64,000 nt of DNA from Eledone cirrhosa (Eukaryota), in NCBI GenBank assembly GCA_964016885.1, contig OZ024742.1, positions 140,616,001 to 140,680,000 on the forward strand, written 5' to 3'. Below the pieces are notes generated by a model. It saw only the letters and a list, made by a program, of their open reading frames with translations, was not told where the DNA came from and did no database searches. Both the position numbers and the translations under genes were made by a program. This document shows positions 1-12,200 of this stretch, piece after piece. The first letter of the stretch is position 1; the number at the start of each line of letters is the position of its first letter.

Positions 1-220
1 AACCCCAGCTTAATAATGAGTAAATTAGTTACATTAGCAATACATCCAAAGTCTTGATTTATATTCAAAATTATTTGAAAATCATAGGATTATGGTAATG
101 AAAGGATTAATCTGTGGTCCAGTTTAAAGCCATCAGTTTTTTGTTAATTCCAGATTGTTGAGATGAGGAAGGGAGCGCTTTTTAACATTAATTTTGGAAG
201 AGTGGCCTCATTATTTTCAT

Positions 221-398
221 GGCAGTATCGGTAGAGGGTCGGACGCCATGCTTTGATGCATAGTTGCGGCCCTTGCCATTCTGAGTTCAAATCCCGCCGA
301 GGTTAACTTTAACTTTCATCCTTACAGGGCCGATAAAATAAAGTACCAGTAATGCACTGGGTAATTGTTGGCCTTGTGCCAAAAGTAGAAACAATTAT
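221..398 (+). mobile_element. tRNA-derived SINE with Meta/MESC-like central domain (many copies)
   Basis: B box GAGTTCAAATCCC and 'ctttcatcct...gataaaataaagtaccag'. Other copies near 52139-52318, 5450-5650, 28050-28200, 40560-40720, 44897-45005 and 55640-56070. Confidence 0.75.
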
Positions 399-671
399 TT
401 TCACACAATATAGCATAGGTAAATTGGCATTCATTGTCAGATAGAATACCTTCTGCTAATTGTTCTAGCTCTCACCAAGCTCAACATTACCTTTCATCTG
501 TTCAGGACCAGAGTTGATAAAATAAAGTACTAGTCCATGGCAGTGTCTTGGCAGAATTGTAAGGGCAGCAGATGAAATGCCTTGTGGTATCTGGTCTGGC
601 ACTGAGATCAGATTAATAAGTGGGGGCAATTGTTTGAGACCCGAGAGTATGTTAAATTCCTTTTATTCCAG

Positions 672-796
672 ATTTTAATGATAATGAAAGCATTTCTGAA
701 AGTGACCTTTATGATGTTCTGGATCGACTGACAACTGGTTTTCAAAGGAACACAGAGAGATTGCTAGAAAATGATAAAAAGAAAATTATTGCAGAA
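672..796 (+). CDS. CIB-like coding exon (EF-hand)
   Basis: ttccag acceptor, GAA|gtaagt donor; encodes DFNDNESISESDLYDVLDRLTTGFQRNTERLLENDKKKIIAE. Confidence 0.87.
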
Positions 797-3408
797 GTAA
801 GTTAACTCTTTACCAGGCCGTATCTGGCCAGAATTCTCTCACCTCTTTCTGTTCAAACTGGCTGTAACCAGCTGCTCATACTGATGTTAATGTATTGTTC
901 TCAAAATAAATAATATAAAAATTTCATAGATTCAATATTATGTGAAGTAAAGCCTTTACCATGAAAATATAATAGTAAATATAGAGTAATGTAAATGCTA
1001 AAGGGTTAATATAATTTATTTAACCCTTTCCTTATCACATAGTTTTGACTAAACTGTTTATATTTATCTATGTTAATAATATCACTTTGGTTATCTAGAA
1101 TTTTAACATTCTTACTTGGAAGACCAGGAAGAAGGGACAGTGCCCATGACCTTCGGATAGCGAAGAGATTGATATTAATGATCTGCTTAAACTGTTGCAT
1201 ATCTACTCCTTTTGGAAAGGCATGAGCAAGGAGGGAGTTTCAGAAAACTGATGATTTGAGCATAGTGTATGTCCTAGTGCTTTATTGAATGTGGCATGAG
1301 ACTAGCAAGCTCCGTGAACTGCAAATTTGTAATAACAGTTTCTAATTTAGGTATAAGACCATAACAATTTCAGAGAAGTTGATTAAATTGACTCTGATAC
1401 TTAACTGATACTTTATTTTATTGACCCCAGAAGGATGGAAGGCAAAGTTCACATTGGCAGGATTTGAACTCAGAACATAAAGAGTGAGAACAAATACACA
1501 AAACATTTTGTTTGATTCTTTAATGGCTTTGCCAATTTACTGCCCAAATATATAATAATTAAAAATTACTGCAAAATATACATCAAAATTAAACAACAAT
1601 GCTTCTTCATATTATTATATATTTGTTAAACAGATCATGAAAGTTGGTGATCTTGATTGTGATAATGAACTTAGCTTCTCTGAATTCTGCCACATCATCG
1701 ATAAATCTCCAGATTTTATAAGGTAAGTGATTATTTATAGCATATATTTCATTTGAGTGCATCCCAGTTTTTAGAATAGGTACACCATATACCTGTATGT
1801 TGTATGAAGCAACTAAAAGGGTTCATGTTGGGGAGGGTGTCCAGCTGTAAAACATTGACTCAAAAAGGACCCCATGAGGTGTATGAAGCCTGTCAAGGAA
1901 CATTCAAAACCAACTCCTGTTTTAGCATGGAAAATAGCCTTAAGAGGCTTATTGTTGCATGTATCCCAGTTTTTAGAATAGGTATACCATATTTCTGCAT
2001 ATGAGTAAGTGTAAGAGATAAATAAAAGGTTTAACACTGCCTCGAAAAGTTCCTTCCAGCCCATGCAAACATGTAAAATTGATGATGTTATGTGAGAAAC
2101 TTTCTTCTCAACCAAAATGTCCCGCTTCACTAGCTGTAATGAAGTCCCATGTAATTTTGGGGTTATTTTCATTTGATCTTAAACAAGTGATGCAATATAT
2201 GTTATAATTTTTAAGTGCCTTAAGGACACAACCCTTTTCTGAGTCTTCCAAGACTGGTGGTATCCTCAAACTGGAAACTTAGCCCAAATGCTTGTAACAG
2301 AGTGGTGTTAAATCAAGCAATGGATTAAGCTCCTCCAGTGTAGGCTTTGAATTCATAAAACAAAGAGCCAGAATAAATATTGCAAGGCATCCTAGCCAAC
2401 ACTAACAATTCCACTAGATCACCATCCTAGGCTTGTACTTAATTTATTGACCTTATGAGAATGAAAAACAAAGTTGAGATTAGTGGAATTTGAATTCACA
2501 ACACAAGGAGTCAATAAATACTGCAAGATATTTTGTTTGATGCCATAACAACTCTGCCAATTTGTCACCTAAAATTTCACAATCTTTCAACCCTTTAATG
2601 ACATACACTGTATTTAAATGAATCAATGAAGAATTTGGAAGGAATTACTAAAATTATTAATTATTTCATTAAGATAGTATTTGTAACAAATGGTTCTTAT
2701 ATAAAATTATGTTGGAAGATTATTATTTAAATAGAAGCCCTTTGAAATGGGTTGTTTTGTAACTAAAGCTACTTTTCAAAAGGATTGTTTAAAAGTTAAT
2801 CTCAATTACTAAATAGTGTATTTAGTTCTTGCTAGTTATTCATACAAGTTATCTTTTAAACCATGCACAGAAATTCATTTTTAGCACCCTATTTGTGCTC
2901 CAGAACGAAACATTATGCTTTCTATATTCTTAGTGCCCAACCAATCATTTATCTAACCATGCGCCTTTCTAATGCTAGTACCATAATTAAATATACTGAG
3001 TACACTCAGTAAAATGCCTGGTGATCTAGCCAAAACAATATAGGGTCAAATTCACCTAATGGTTGGTATTAGAAAGAGCACCTGGCATTGTATGTATGTA
3101 TGTAAGCAAGACATGGCACCTATTAAGTACTAATCCATCCAACCTATGCCAACATCGAAAAATGGATGTAAAACGATGATGCATGTTTGTTTGTTGTTTT
3201 TTTTTCAAGCTAATAATTATAAAGAACATCTCTATTATGTAATGTATTAATTCTTCAACAAATGTTCACCATCATCAATATTGTAATGTCAAATTACATT
3301 AATGTGACTTGGACTGTAAATTTAAATGCTATTTGGATCTTAACTATTCTGAGACATTACTAATATATTTTTTTGTTTTGTTTCAGTTCGTTTGCATTTC
3401 ATCTTTAA
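672..3408 (+). CDS. CIB1: Calcium- and integrin-binding (CIB1-like) EF-hand protein, 3' part of gene (5' exons lie outside the window)
   Basis: Exons 672-796, 1634-1722 and 3387-3408 splice in frame via GT-AG to (D)FNDNESISESDLYDVLDRLT...KIIAE|IMKVGDLDCDNELSFSEFCHIIDKSPDFIS|SFAFHL*. This gives two EF-hand loops and the CIB-type C-terminal 'SPDFxSSF' motif. Paralog assignment (CIB1 vs CIB2/3) is tentative. Confidence 0.85.
802..1009. mobile_element. piggyBac-like MITE copy
   Basis: ttaactcttt...aaagggttaa; homologous to 48922-49138. Confidence 0.78.
1634..1722 (+). CDS. CIB-like coding exon (last EF-hand)
   Basis: aaacag acceptor, AG|gtaagt donor; encodes IMKVGDLDCDNELSFSEFCHIIDKSPDFI. Confidence 0.88.
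3387..3408 (+). CDS. CIB-like terminal coding exon
   Basis: Long polypyrimidine tract ending tttcag; phase 2 completes S, then SFAFHL-TAA. Confidence 0.8.
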
Positions 3409-6400
3409 TACTGAAGTAATGAAGAATACATTTTTAAAAACAATTATTTTTCTTGTGTCTAGATATTTTTGGTGATTATTTGTAAATATGAAATGTTAAC
3501 ATTTGTGCAAGGCCACAAGTTTTGGAGGAGGGTATAGTGGATTAAATTGATCCCAGTATTTGACTGGTACTTTATTAACTCTGGAAGGCTGAAAGGCAAA
3601 GTTGACGTCAGCAGAATTTGAACTTACAACACAGGCCTGAAACCCGTAACTATATATCTGAGGGAGGCATTCTATTTGATGTTCAACCATTCTGTCAATG
3701 GACCACAGACTGAGACAAACTGTTATGACATACCATGTGGAGTGATTGGGTGACCAAGTAGGATTGGTATAGTCTACAATAGATCTAATGTAATGCTTGT
3801 ACACCATTGTTTATTTTTGTTGGCCAAATGTGGTACCTTTGACTGCAAATAAAATTCTATTTTATTACTTTTTACCAGATGTTCAGTTTTTGTTGTTACA
3901 ATCACACCTTTATCAATTTTTACCTGTTCCAGTTAACCATCTGAGACCATGCTGTGTAAATTTAGCTGGCCTTGTTGGTTCCTCATGTTTTAATGATTGG
4001 AATCAACCTCCAGTTGGTATTCATTTTTTTTTCACTAGTTGTCATATGAAATGACTCTTGTTCAAGAATACAACACTGCCATGTTTGTCTATGTCAAACA
4101 CCCTAACTACCAGACAATGTGCCCTCACAGATATTGTCAATTCTAGAATAGTCAATGTTTGCAAAAACCTGTCATATTCACAGCTGATTATTTACCAAAT
4201 TTAATAGTTTGATTTTATACAGGTATGGTAATACAATGAACCAACAAGAGAGTTGCTACACAGTTTCTTGATATGTTGGAAATAGCAACCTAAATAAAGA
4301 AAAACATATTTGACAATAGACTTGAATGGTTATGACTGGACTGTTGGAACACACAGCAACCTCAATATGTAAAGATTGATAAAATACTAAAATTTGAAAA
4401 AAAAAAAAAATAGTGGTCAATATTATCAACTGAATCCGATGAAGGCAAATGTTCCAGCATGACCAGTGAAAGAAACATGTTTATTCAGTGCCATTATTGA
4501 GAGTGGTTATGATATACAGATGTTAGGTGATTGAAACATTTTCCTCTAGGACATAACCCATGGCAGGATCTGAAATTTAACAATTAATACTATCTTCAAT
4601 TACTATAGCGAGTTTAAATCCAAGAAAAAATACTCAATCATTTTCTTCTTTGCTCACTTATTCCTGGGAAGGTAGTCCTCAAACACGCCTTCCAGCAGCT
4701 TATGTCAAATAATACAAGCCTTGATGGAGCAAGAAACTGTTCTCTGGTGTGCAAAATACTAAACGCAAGACGTTTTGTGGTCAGAAAGGAGAAAGCATTG
4801 CCCTGGAGGATAGTGAGGGAGACACTGAAATAGTCATTCCAGCAGGTACCTAATTATGCTTTGATAGCAGTAAGGAGATGGTATGGCAACTAAGTTCCCA
4901 CTGCTACAGATTTAATGACAAACCTATTGGAAAGCAGCTGATACTTTAATAACTTGCCAGACAATGCATCTCATGGGAAAATCATGAATGCCATCCCCTT
5001 GCTACAACCTCACCACTAAGCTTAATGATCTCATTGAAAGCAGCATAGGAGGCAAACTGCACTATGACAGCATGACTAGTAGATGAAGACCAAGAGTGTC
5101 CACTGTGGATCCTCACCTGTATCTGTGTTGCTTGCAGAGCTTGAAGGGAACAGGCAATTAAATAGTGTTCTTGCTGTTTTCAATAGAAAATTGCTCCACT
5201 TTATAAATATATTGTATTTTGCTATACTGAACTATGCCACATCAATTGCAATGTTACAATACAATAGACTGGAACTACTAGCTGGTTTGCTTGTGAATAT
5301 TCCTATAGACTTGTAATGATAAATTCTAAAATTTGGTAAACTTAATCCTTTTGTAACCATACTTGTAATGAAAGTCAGTCAATTCTTTTCAAATAATTTT
5401 AAAAAGAAACAATAATCTGGAAGGACTTAGTAATATTGTTATACTATTAGTGCGGTGAATTGGTAGTATGAGCAAAGCATCAGACATGCATTGCGGCATA
5501 TAATTATGTCCCTTTACATTCTGAGTTCAAATAGCACCAAGGTTATTTCATCCTTACGAGGTCAATAAAATAAAGTACCAGCAATACATTAGGGTCAATT
5601 TAATTGACTTTCCCCTTCCCCAAACTTGGAGGCCTTGTGCCTAAATCAGTATTTGCAACTCAAATGATATGACATAAGGTTCTTACATTAAATTATGATC
5701 AAAGGTTTTTAGGTAAATATAAATACTTTAAAACAGTTTTATATTGTAGAACTAAATTTCAGGCAGTATGTAATCAAAAGGGTTAATCTGTCAATCAGTT
5801 TAACCGGACAGTAACAGGGTCTAAACTTTTGTTGTAAGCATTCAAACCAGGTATTTGGATAACTCCCCAACATTATTGCTCTTCCACCTCTGCACACCCC
5901 CATGGATCTAGCCAGTCTCCCAAGAGGTTATTACTTATCGGAGGTTTATTGGGTGTTTTTAATGACAGGACAAATGATCATTACTGTCAACGTTTTTATG
6001 TCCACTTTCCATACTGGTATGGGTTGGACAGGCTGTCAAACCGGACAGGAGCCGATGTCCTGCTCATATATTCCATATTTGACAGATTTTATGGCTGGAT
6101 ACCCTTTTATTACACAAACACTTTACAGGGTGTGTTTAACATCAGCACTAGAAAGGTTGTCATACAATCATTCAAACTGAAGAGCACTCTCAGATTCTAT
6201 ATTAATAAAGTATAGAGAAAAATGATTAAAACAGTTGTTTTCTTTCTAGAGTACAGTACAAGGTATAGTGTTTCCAAAAATGAAATTTATTAACTAAAGC
6301 CCTTGTAAGCAACATTGGTATCCTGGTAACCTGTTGGATGGGCTATACCTGTAAATTAAAGATCCAGCCTTTTCACATGCTGTATCAAACTGAATCTCTC

Positions 6401-8866
6401 TGGAAATTATATAATGGCTAAACGTGTCAATCGAATGCTCCGTCACATGAATAGGCCATTCCATTGAATGAACAACTGGAACATTCATTGTCGAAACTTG
6501 CAGAGGTCCATTAATAAACTGTTTTAATATAAATGCTAAGGTTGACTTTACTGTTACACCATTCTAGGGTTCATGAAATACATACCAGTAATACACTATA
6601 ACAGATTCAATCAACTAAACTCCAGGCTGTTCCATTGATCGAACAAATGGAACATTCACTGTTGAAACTGAAGGTGTATTCCATAAAGTTTTCTTTAGTT
6701 GAGACAAAGTTAAAACACAGTTGAGTGAATCTTTTAATTGTAGGTGCATTAATTTTAACACAATTTTGTGAGAGCTGAATCAATCCACTGAGATATAAAA
6801 TGGAGCTAAACAACAAAAAAAGAATGCAGTTTTGTTGTGCAGTTTGTTTTATAAATTCAAAAGCAGGAAAAAATACTGGTATTGTCCTATTTTTTTAATT
6901 AAATAAAAATTTGAACCCTTTTGTTACCATACTTCTAATGAAAGATACTGTTGTAGGACTTTCAAATCATTTTGAAAATTATCAAGAATTAGGAGATTTA
7001 GTTAAAATAACTCTTTTTTAAATTTTAATTACTGTATTTCTAATGAAATACACTGTATTTGAAATGATTTACTAAAGTTATTTCATTTAAATGATATTTA
7101 TAACTTAGTAAAATTATTGTAAAAGGTTTTAATTTAAATAGAAACCCTTTAAAATGAGTCAATTTGTTTTATTTCATAGAACCAGACAGTTTTGGGCAGG
7201 TTAGTATCATGAAAAAGTTTTTGGAACCTAAAAATAGTCCCTACATAAAACTAGGAGAGATGGTTCTTCTTTTTTTTCTTTAGATAAATATAAAAAGCTT
7301 TAAAACAGCTTTCTATCATAAAACCAGAGGCAGTTTCAGGCAGTTAGGTTTCAAAAGTTATTAAATATGATCAAAATTTTATAACTTAAGCTTTTGAAGC
7401 CAGATTAAAATCAATAACTTATTTAATTAGGACTTTAAATGCTCATCAAATGTCAAATCTGGGCCTAGTTCTTTTCATTATAATTTCTGGTGAATCTTTT
7501 ATTGTTTTCACAATAAAAAAAATTATGAAATGAAATTCAATATCAAAAAGGTGTATTCTGATGAGAAAAAAATGTATGAAATACAAACCAACACGAAAAA
7601 TAGATGATAACTATGGTGATTGAAGAAATAGAAAAATAGGTTAACTCTTAACATCCTATAATGATTTTGCAGAAATATCTAAAAATGGGTTTGTGAAAAT
7701 TTGTAGTATTAAAGACTTCAGTGTTTAATGTAATGCAGTTATAGTACTGTTTTATACTTTTCAAGGATATCTTGCTAATGTAGTTTCATGTGGTGCAAAT
7801 GAAATTTGTAGATATATAATTTTCCAGATTACTAACTAAATCTTCAGGGTATATGTACATAATGAAGTGAAGACTCTTTAGTCTTGTTGAAGACATGACA
7901 ACTTCTCTTTTGCTGGTGCCATGATAACACCCATTTAGTACACTCTGTAAAGTGCTTGGTGTTAAGAAGGGCATTCAGCTGTAGAATAACCATGCCAAAA
8001 TTTGGAACGTCTCATTGTCCTCCAACTTGTCTAGAAAAACAGTAAATCTGAATACGAATTGTGACAGAGTGTGATGATCTAACACAATGATGTTTTTATC
8101 AGCTTCATCTACATTGTCATTAGGTGCCTTCTCATGGATACCCATATTAAGTTTGAAATAGGAATCTCTATTTTTAAATTAAGAGTAATAACAAATCCAG
8201 TCTGTGATAATTATTTACATATCATAAAACACCTGACGATGATCAGAAATTAAATCGATTGAAATGTAGTCTTCTTACCATCATTTTTTGTCCGATTTCT
8301 ATGCTGACATGGATTGGACAGGGCGTTGTGGTCTGAGACAGGACAAGTCAGATAACCACGTCTTGCTAATATGTTCCATATTTTGGGATAGTTTCTAGAG
8401 CCCTTCCTAACATCAAACACTTTACATAGGGTACTGAATGAATTTATCATGGCACCAGCACTTCACAGAATGTAACAGTGTGCATTTTATTCTGACACAA
8501 GCACTACCAATTTATAGAGTGTACTGGATTTATTTTATTGTGGACCCAGCACCAGAGAGGTTGTCATGTATTTGGCAAGGCTGAAGATATTGTAGATAGA
8601 TATACATTCTATATCGGTCTTGAATATTATAATCTAAGATGAAAAACAGTTATAGGAAAAAGTAAGAGACAAATATTTTTTTTATCAATGACTATATTTT
8701 TCTTTTTGGATGTATGTGTGGATGTTTGTGATATTTTGTAAAAAGAATCCAAATACTTCATGAAAACATGTATGAAAGAAAATTATAGGAAACAAAAATA
8801 TCTATATATGTCAGTATTACAATATGAGAAGTTTTAAAACACATAGTTCATATTGATATGCCCTTA

Positions 8867-9218
8867 CTAGTCACTCATGTCCATATCCAGCTGCTGAAGG
8901 TTTGCATCTGAAGCCAACTGTTCCCCTATACTAGAAGCCACGACAGTTTCACGTTCAGGACTGCCTTCTATGATTGTAGGTTCAGCAACTGTGGAAGGAG
9001 CATTGGCAACTGTATACACCTTCTCAGCCTTGCCCTCACCACTTACATAGCCTTTTTCCTCTTCATCATAGTCACGTGTGACACGAGTGCTGTCTGTTTT
9101 TGATGAGGATTTCTCTTCTTTTTCACTACGATGTTCCTTGTGTTTCTTCTTACTCTTGCTCTCCTTTTCACGGCTCCTCTCTCGACTTCTTTCTCTTGGT
9201 TCTTTCTTTTTCTTACTT
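8867..9218 (-). CDS. SRSF11: SRSF11-like terminal coding exon
   Basis: ttacag acceptor; SKKKKEPRERSRE...VTRDYDEEEKGY...QQLDMDMSD-TAG. Confidence 0.92.
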
Positions 9219-12200
9219 CTGTAACATACGAACAATGGATTTAATGAAAATTGATAATTACGGCACATTATTAAAAATTCATTTTCATAAATATATATAT
9301 AAACAATTTGACATATGCTTCCATTGTCATTAGTTTAATAAATGAAAACAATCACACTCCTCTGATATAGTTCATCTTGTTTTATCCATGGTAAATTTCC
9401 AGTCAAATGTTCTACCAACCTCCAACCCATACTTTTCAGTATTGTAAAGATTCACTGACTTTGTGGTATTTCAGATGTGAATACATGTACATAAACACAT
9501 ACATACAAATGTTAGACTTTCAGTTTCCATCTAAGAAGAAATAAATTATATTATTTACTAACAGCAGTACCCAGCGTTGCCTGGGTAGGTAAAATAATAT
9601 CTGCTTTGATGAAAAGGTGTTGATCTTAGCGACTGTGAGTTTCTTGAAAATCGGTCGTAAGGTGTAGCAAATGGCGAAATGTTGAGTGAAATCGTATGGA
9701 ATATGTGGAAGGTGGAAAAAATCGTATTTTGAAGAGTTAAACGGCTGCCACGCCGTCCCTGAACAAAAATTGAAAAGTATAAAGCTACTATAAGATGTGC
9801 AATGATAGGTTCTATCGTAGTATAAAAGTTGAACCAAATAAATTGATTTATGTGTGAGGTGGAGCCGAAGTTTCGAATTTGAACGAAATCGGTTGAAAAA
9901 TGTGGGAGCTAGAGCTGAAAATGCGGTATTTTTGAATATTTAAGCAGCTGCCATGCCGTTCCTGAACAAAAAATCCAAAATGTAAAGCCACTGTAAAGAC
10001 GTGAAATAATCAGATCTAGCGTAGTGTAAAATTTGAACAAATTTGTAGCATAGTGTAAAATTTGAACAAAGTAGATTGATTAATGTTGAATCTAAAAGTT
10101 ATATTTTTGAATATTTAAGCAGCTGCCACGCTGTCCCTGAACAACAAATGCAAAATATAAAGCCATTACAGGATGTGGAATGATAAATTCTATTTTGCTT
10201 TAAAATTTGAATGAAATCGGTGGCAAAATATGGGAGCTAGAGCCCAAAATTTTATTTTTCGATACCTAAAAAAAGGCTATATTAGCGGAAACATGGCCAA
10301 AGTGTCACAGTGGCAGTAAACCCAGAATTAAATGGTTGTGAAGCGAACTCCTTAACCACACAGCCATGTCTGCACCTATGTAATTAAAATTTTCAAATTA
10401 CAATAAACAACTGTCTGAAATACCTTGATGATTTATGTCTGGAACCACTACGAGAACGTGACCGACGATTACGAGGAGGGCTGGTGGACCGGCGCCTGGG
10501 GTTACGAGCAGGTCGGTTGCGACTGGAATAACAACAAATAAGAAGACACACATATATATATATATATGTATATATGTATATATATAAACAATATAAATAA
10601 TATTAAGTAACATATAGTGTGGGGCATGAAAATATAAAACTTCTTAGCATGGGAATAAGGGATTTCAAAAGACAAGTACCTACTACCATTGATAAACATT
10701 TTCAATTAAATTATCAACCATTTTGATACCAGTCCAGCTGCTGGTTGTACGATACAAAACTGCCTTTTTAATTAATAATGATAAATTTAAGTTACTAAAT
10801 CCCTCTAAATTCTCGATTAATTTCAAAATCATAGGCAATAACTTTCATTATTAATACACTAAGTAAATTTAAATATGCTGATATAGGTAATAAGCAACAC
10901 AAGTTCAAATTATTCATAGCTGAACTTGGCTTCTTCCTTAACATTTTACTCCCCTTTTTCTTCAATGCTAGGATTATATTTGTACACTTTTATACCTCTT
11001 CTAACACTAACCACTTAACTATAAAGTAAATATGGTGTCTTTATTTTATCAACTGTATGTATGGACCCATAAATGCCTTGGGCATTTAAAACTTGGTACA
11101 CCCCACCCTTCTCCAGGTATGAACACAGCTGATTTGAGAGAGAATCAATCCCAGTACTGGACTGGCATTTTATCAACTAGGAAAGAAAGAAAGGCTATGT
11201 TGACCATGCCAAGATATGAGAAGTGCAGAGAATTATAACAAGTACCAAACAATTTTGCCAATATGCCACCTAATCATATGAGAACATTAGCACTAAAATT
11301 TGTGGATATCCTTTAGACCTCTACAGTTAAGATACAAAACTAATGCTTTAACTAATCCAGCTTCCTACCCAACTTTAGACTCATAGTAGGCTCTATTTCA
11401 CCCATCCCAGGAACTCAGGTATATGTTTTAAACTTTAGGATTATAACATTGGCATTAAGCTGCAATTTTATGATGATTGAGTGTAGTTGATGAGTCACCC
11501 CAATACAGTAGTAATGCTTTGGTCAATTCTAAGTCATAAGAAAGGAAAGGAGGTGATTGTCAGATCAGACCAAGAAAGCTATGTTTCTATTAGTTTTTCC
11601 ATTGCTGATACTATCTGTCAGTTGCAACTCCTGAGAGAAGCAACATCGCATTTTCAGTGACAGGATGTCCTTCCTGAAACTAAACATTTTATGGAGTGTA
11701 CTGGGTATATTTTACTATTGCAAGTCCAACACTAAGCACTAGGTCACACAAGCAATATCAGTTTTGGCTGCACAAAAAAAAAAAGATATTTAAAATCTTT
11801 CATGATATAACAAATGAAAGAGAGGACTTACTAATAGGAGAGCAGGAAACTGCACATACAAAAGAAAAAAAGAATTGATTCATACATGGTACACAAGTCA
11901 AACCTAGAAACTATTTACAAATAAATAAAAACAAAGTTGAGCAACTCAAAGGGACAGAAGATTTATTTGCTTTATATATATTTATATGTAACAGACTGAC
12001 CTGTGAGACCTTCGAGATTTTTTGCTTGGTGTTCTACTGCGACTCCTCTTTTCGTGAGAACTGTTGACAGACACAAAGAAAAAATGAAAATTTTCAATGA
12101 GATCAATAGGTGACTAAAAAAGTTGGTGCCAGGAATTACATCCAGCAAAAAAAAACAAAAACCCCTCATCGGTATAAAATCAGTCAGGAGGCCTGTAAAG

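Noticed and set aside
3668-3807. 103-aa ORF 3496-3807 as a gene
   Set aside because: Chimera of a CR1-like fragment (YIRSIVDYTNPTWSP) and a Meta-type SINE.
4640-5316. More GC-balanced segment between CIB and SRSF11 that might be a hidden exon or gene
   Set aside because: No long open frame, recognisable domain or consistent splice pair found; probably decayed TE or UTR.
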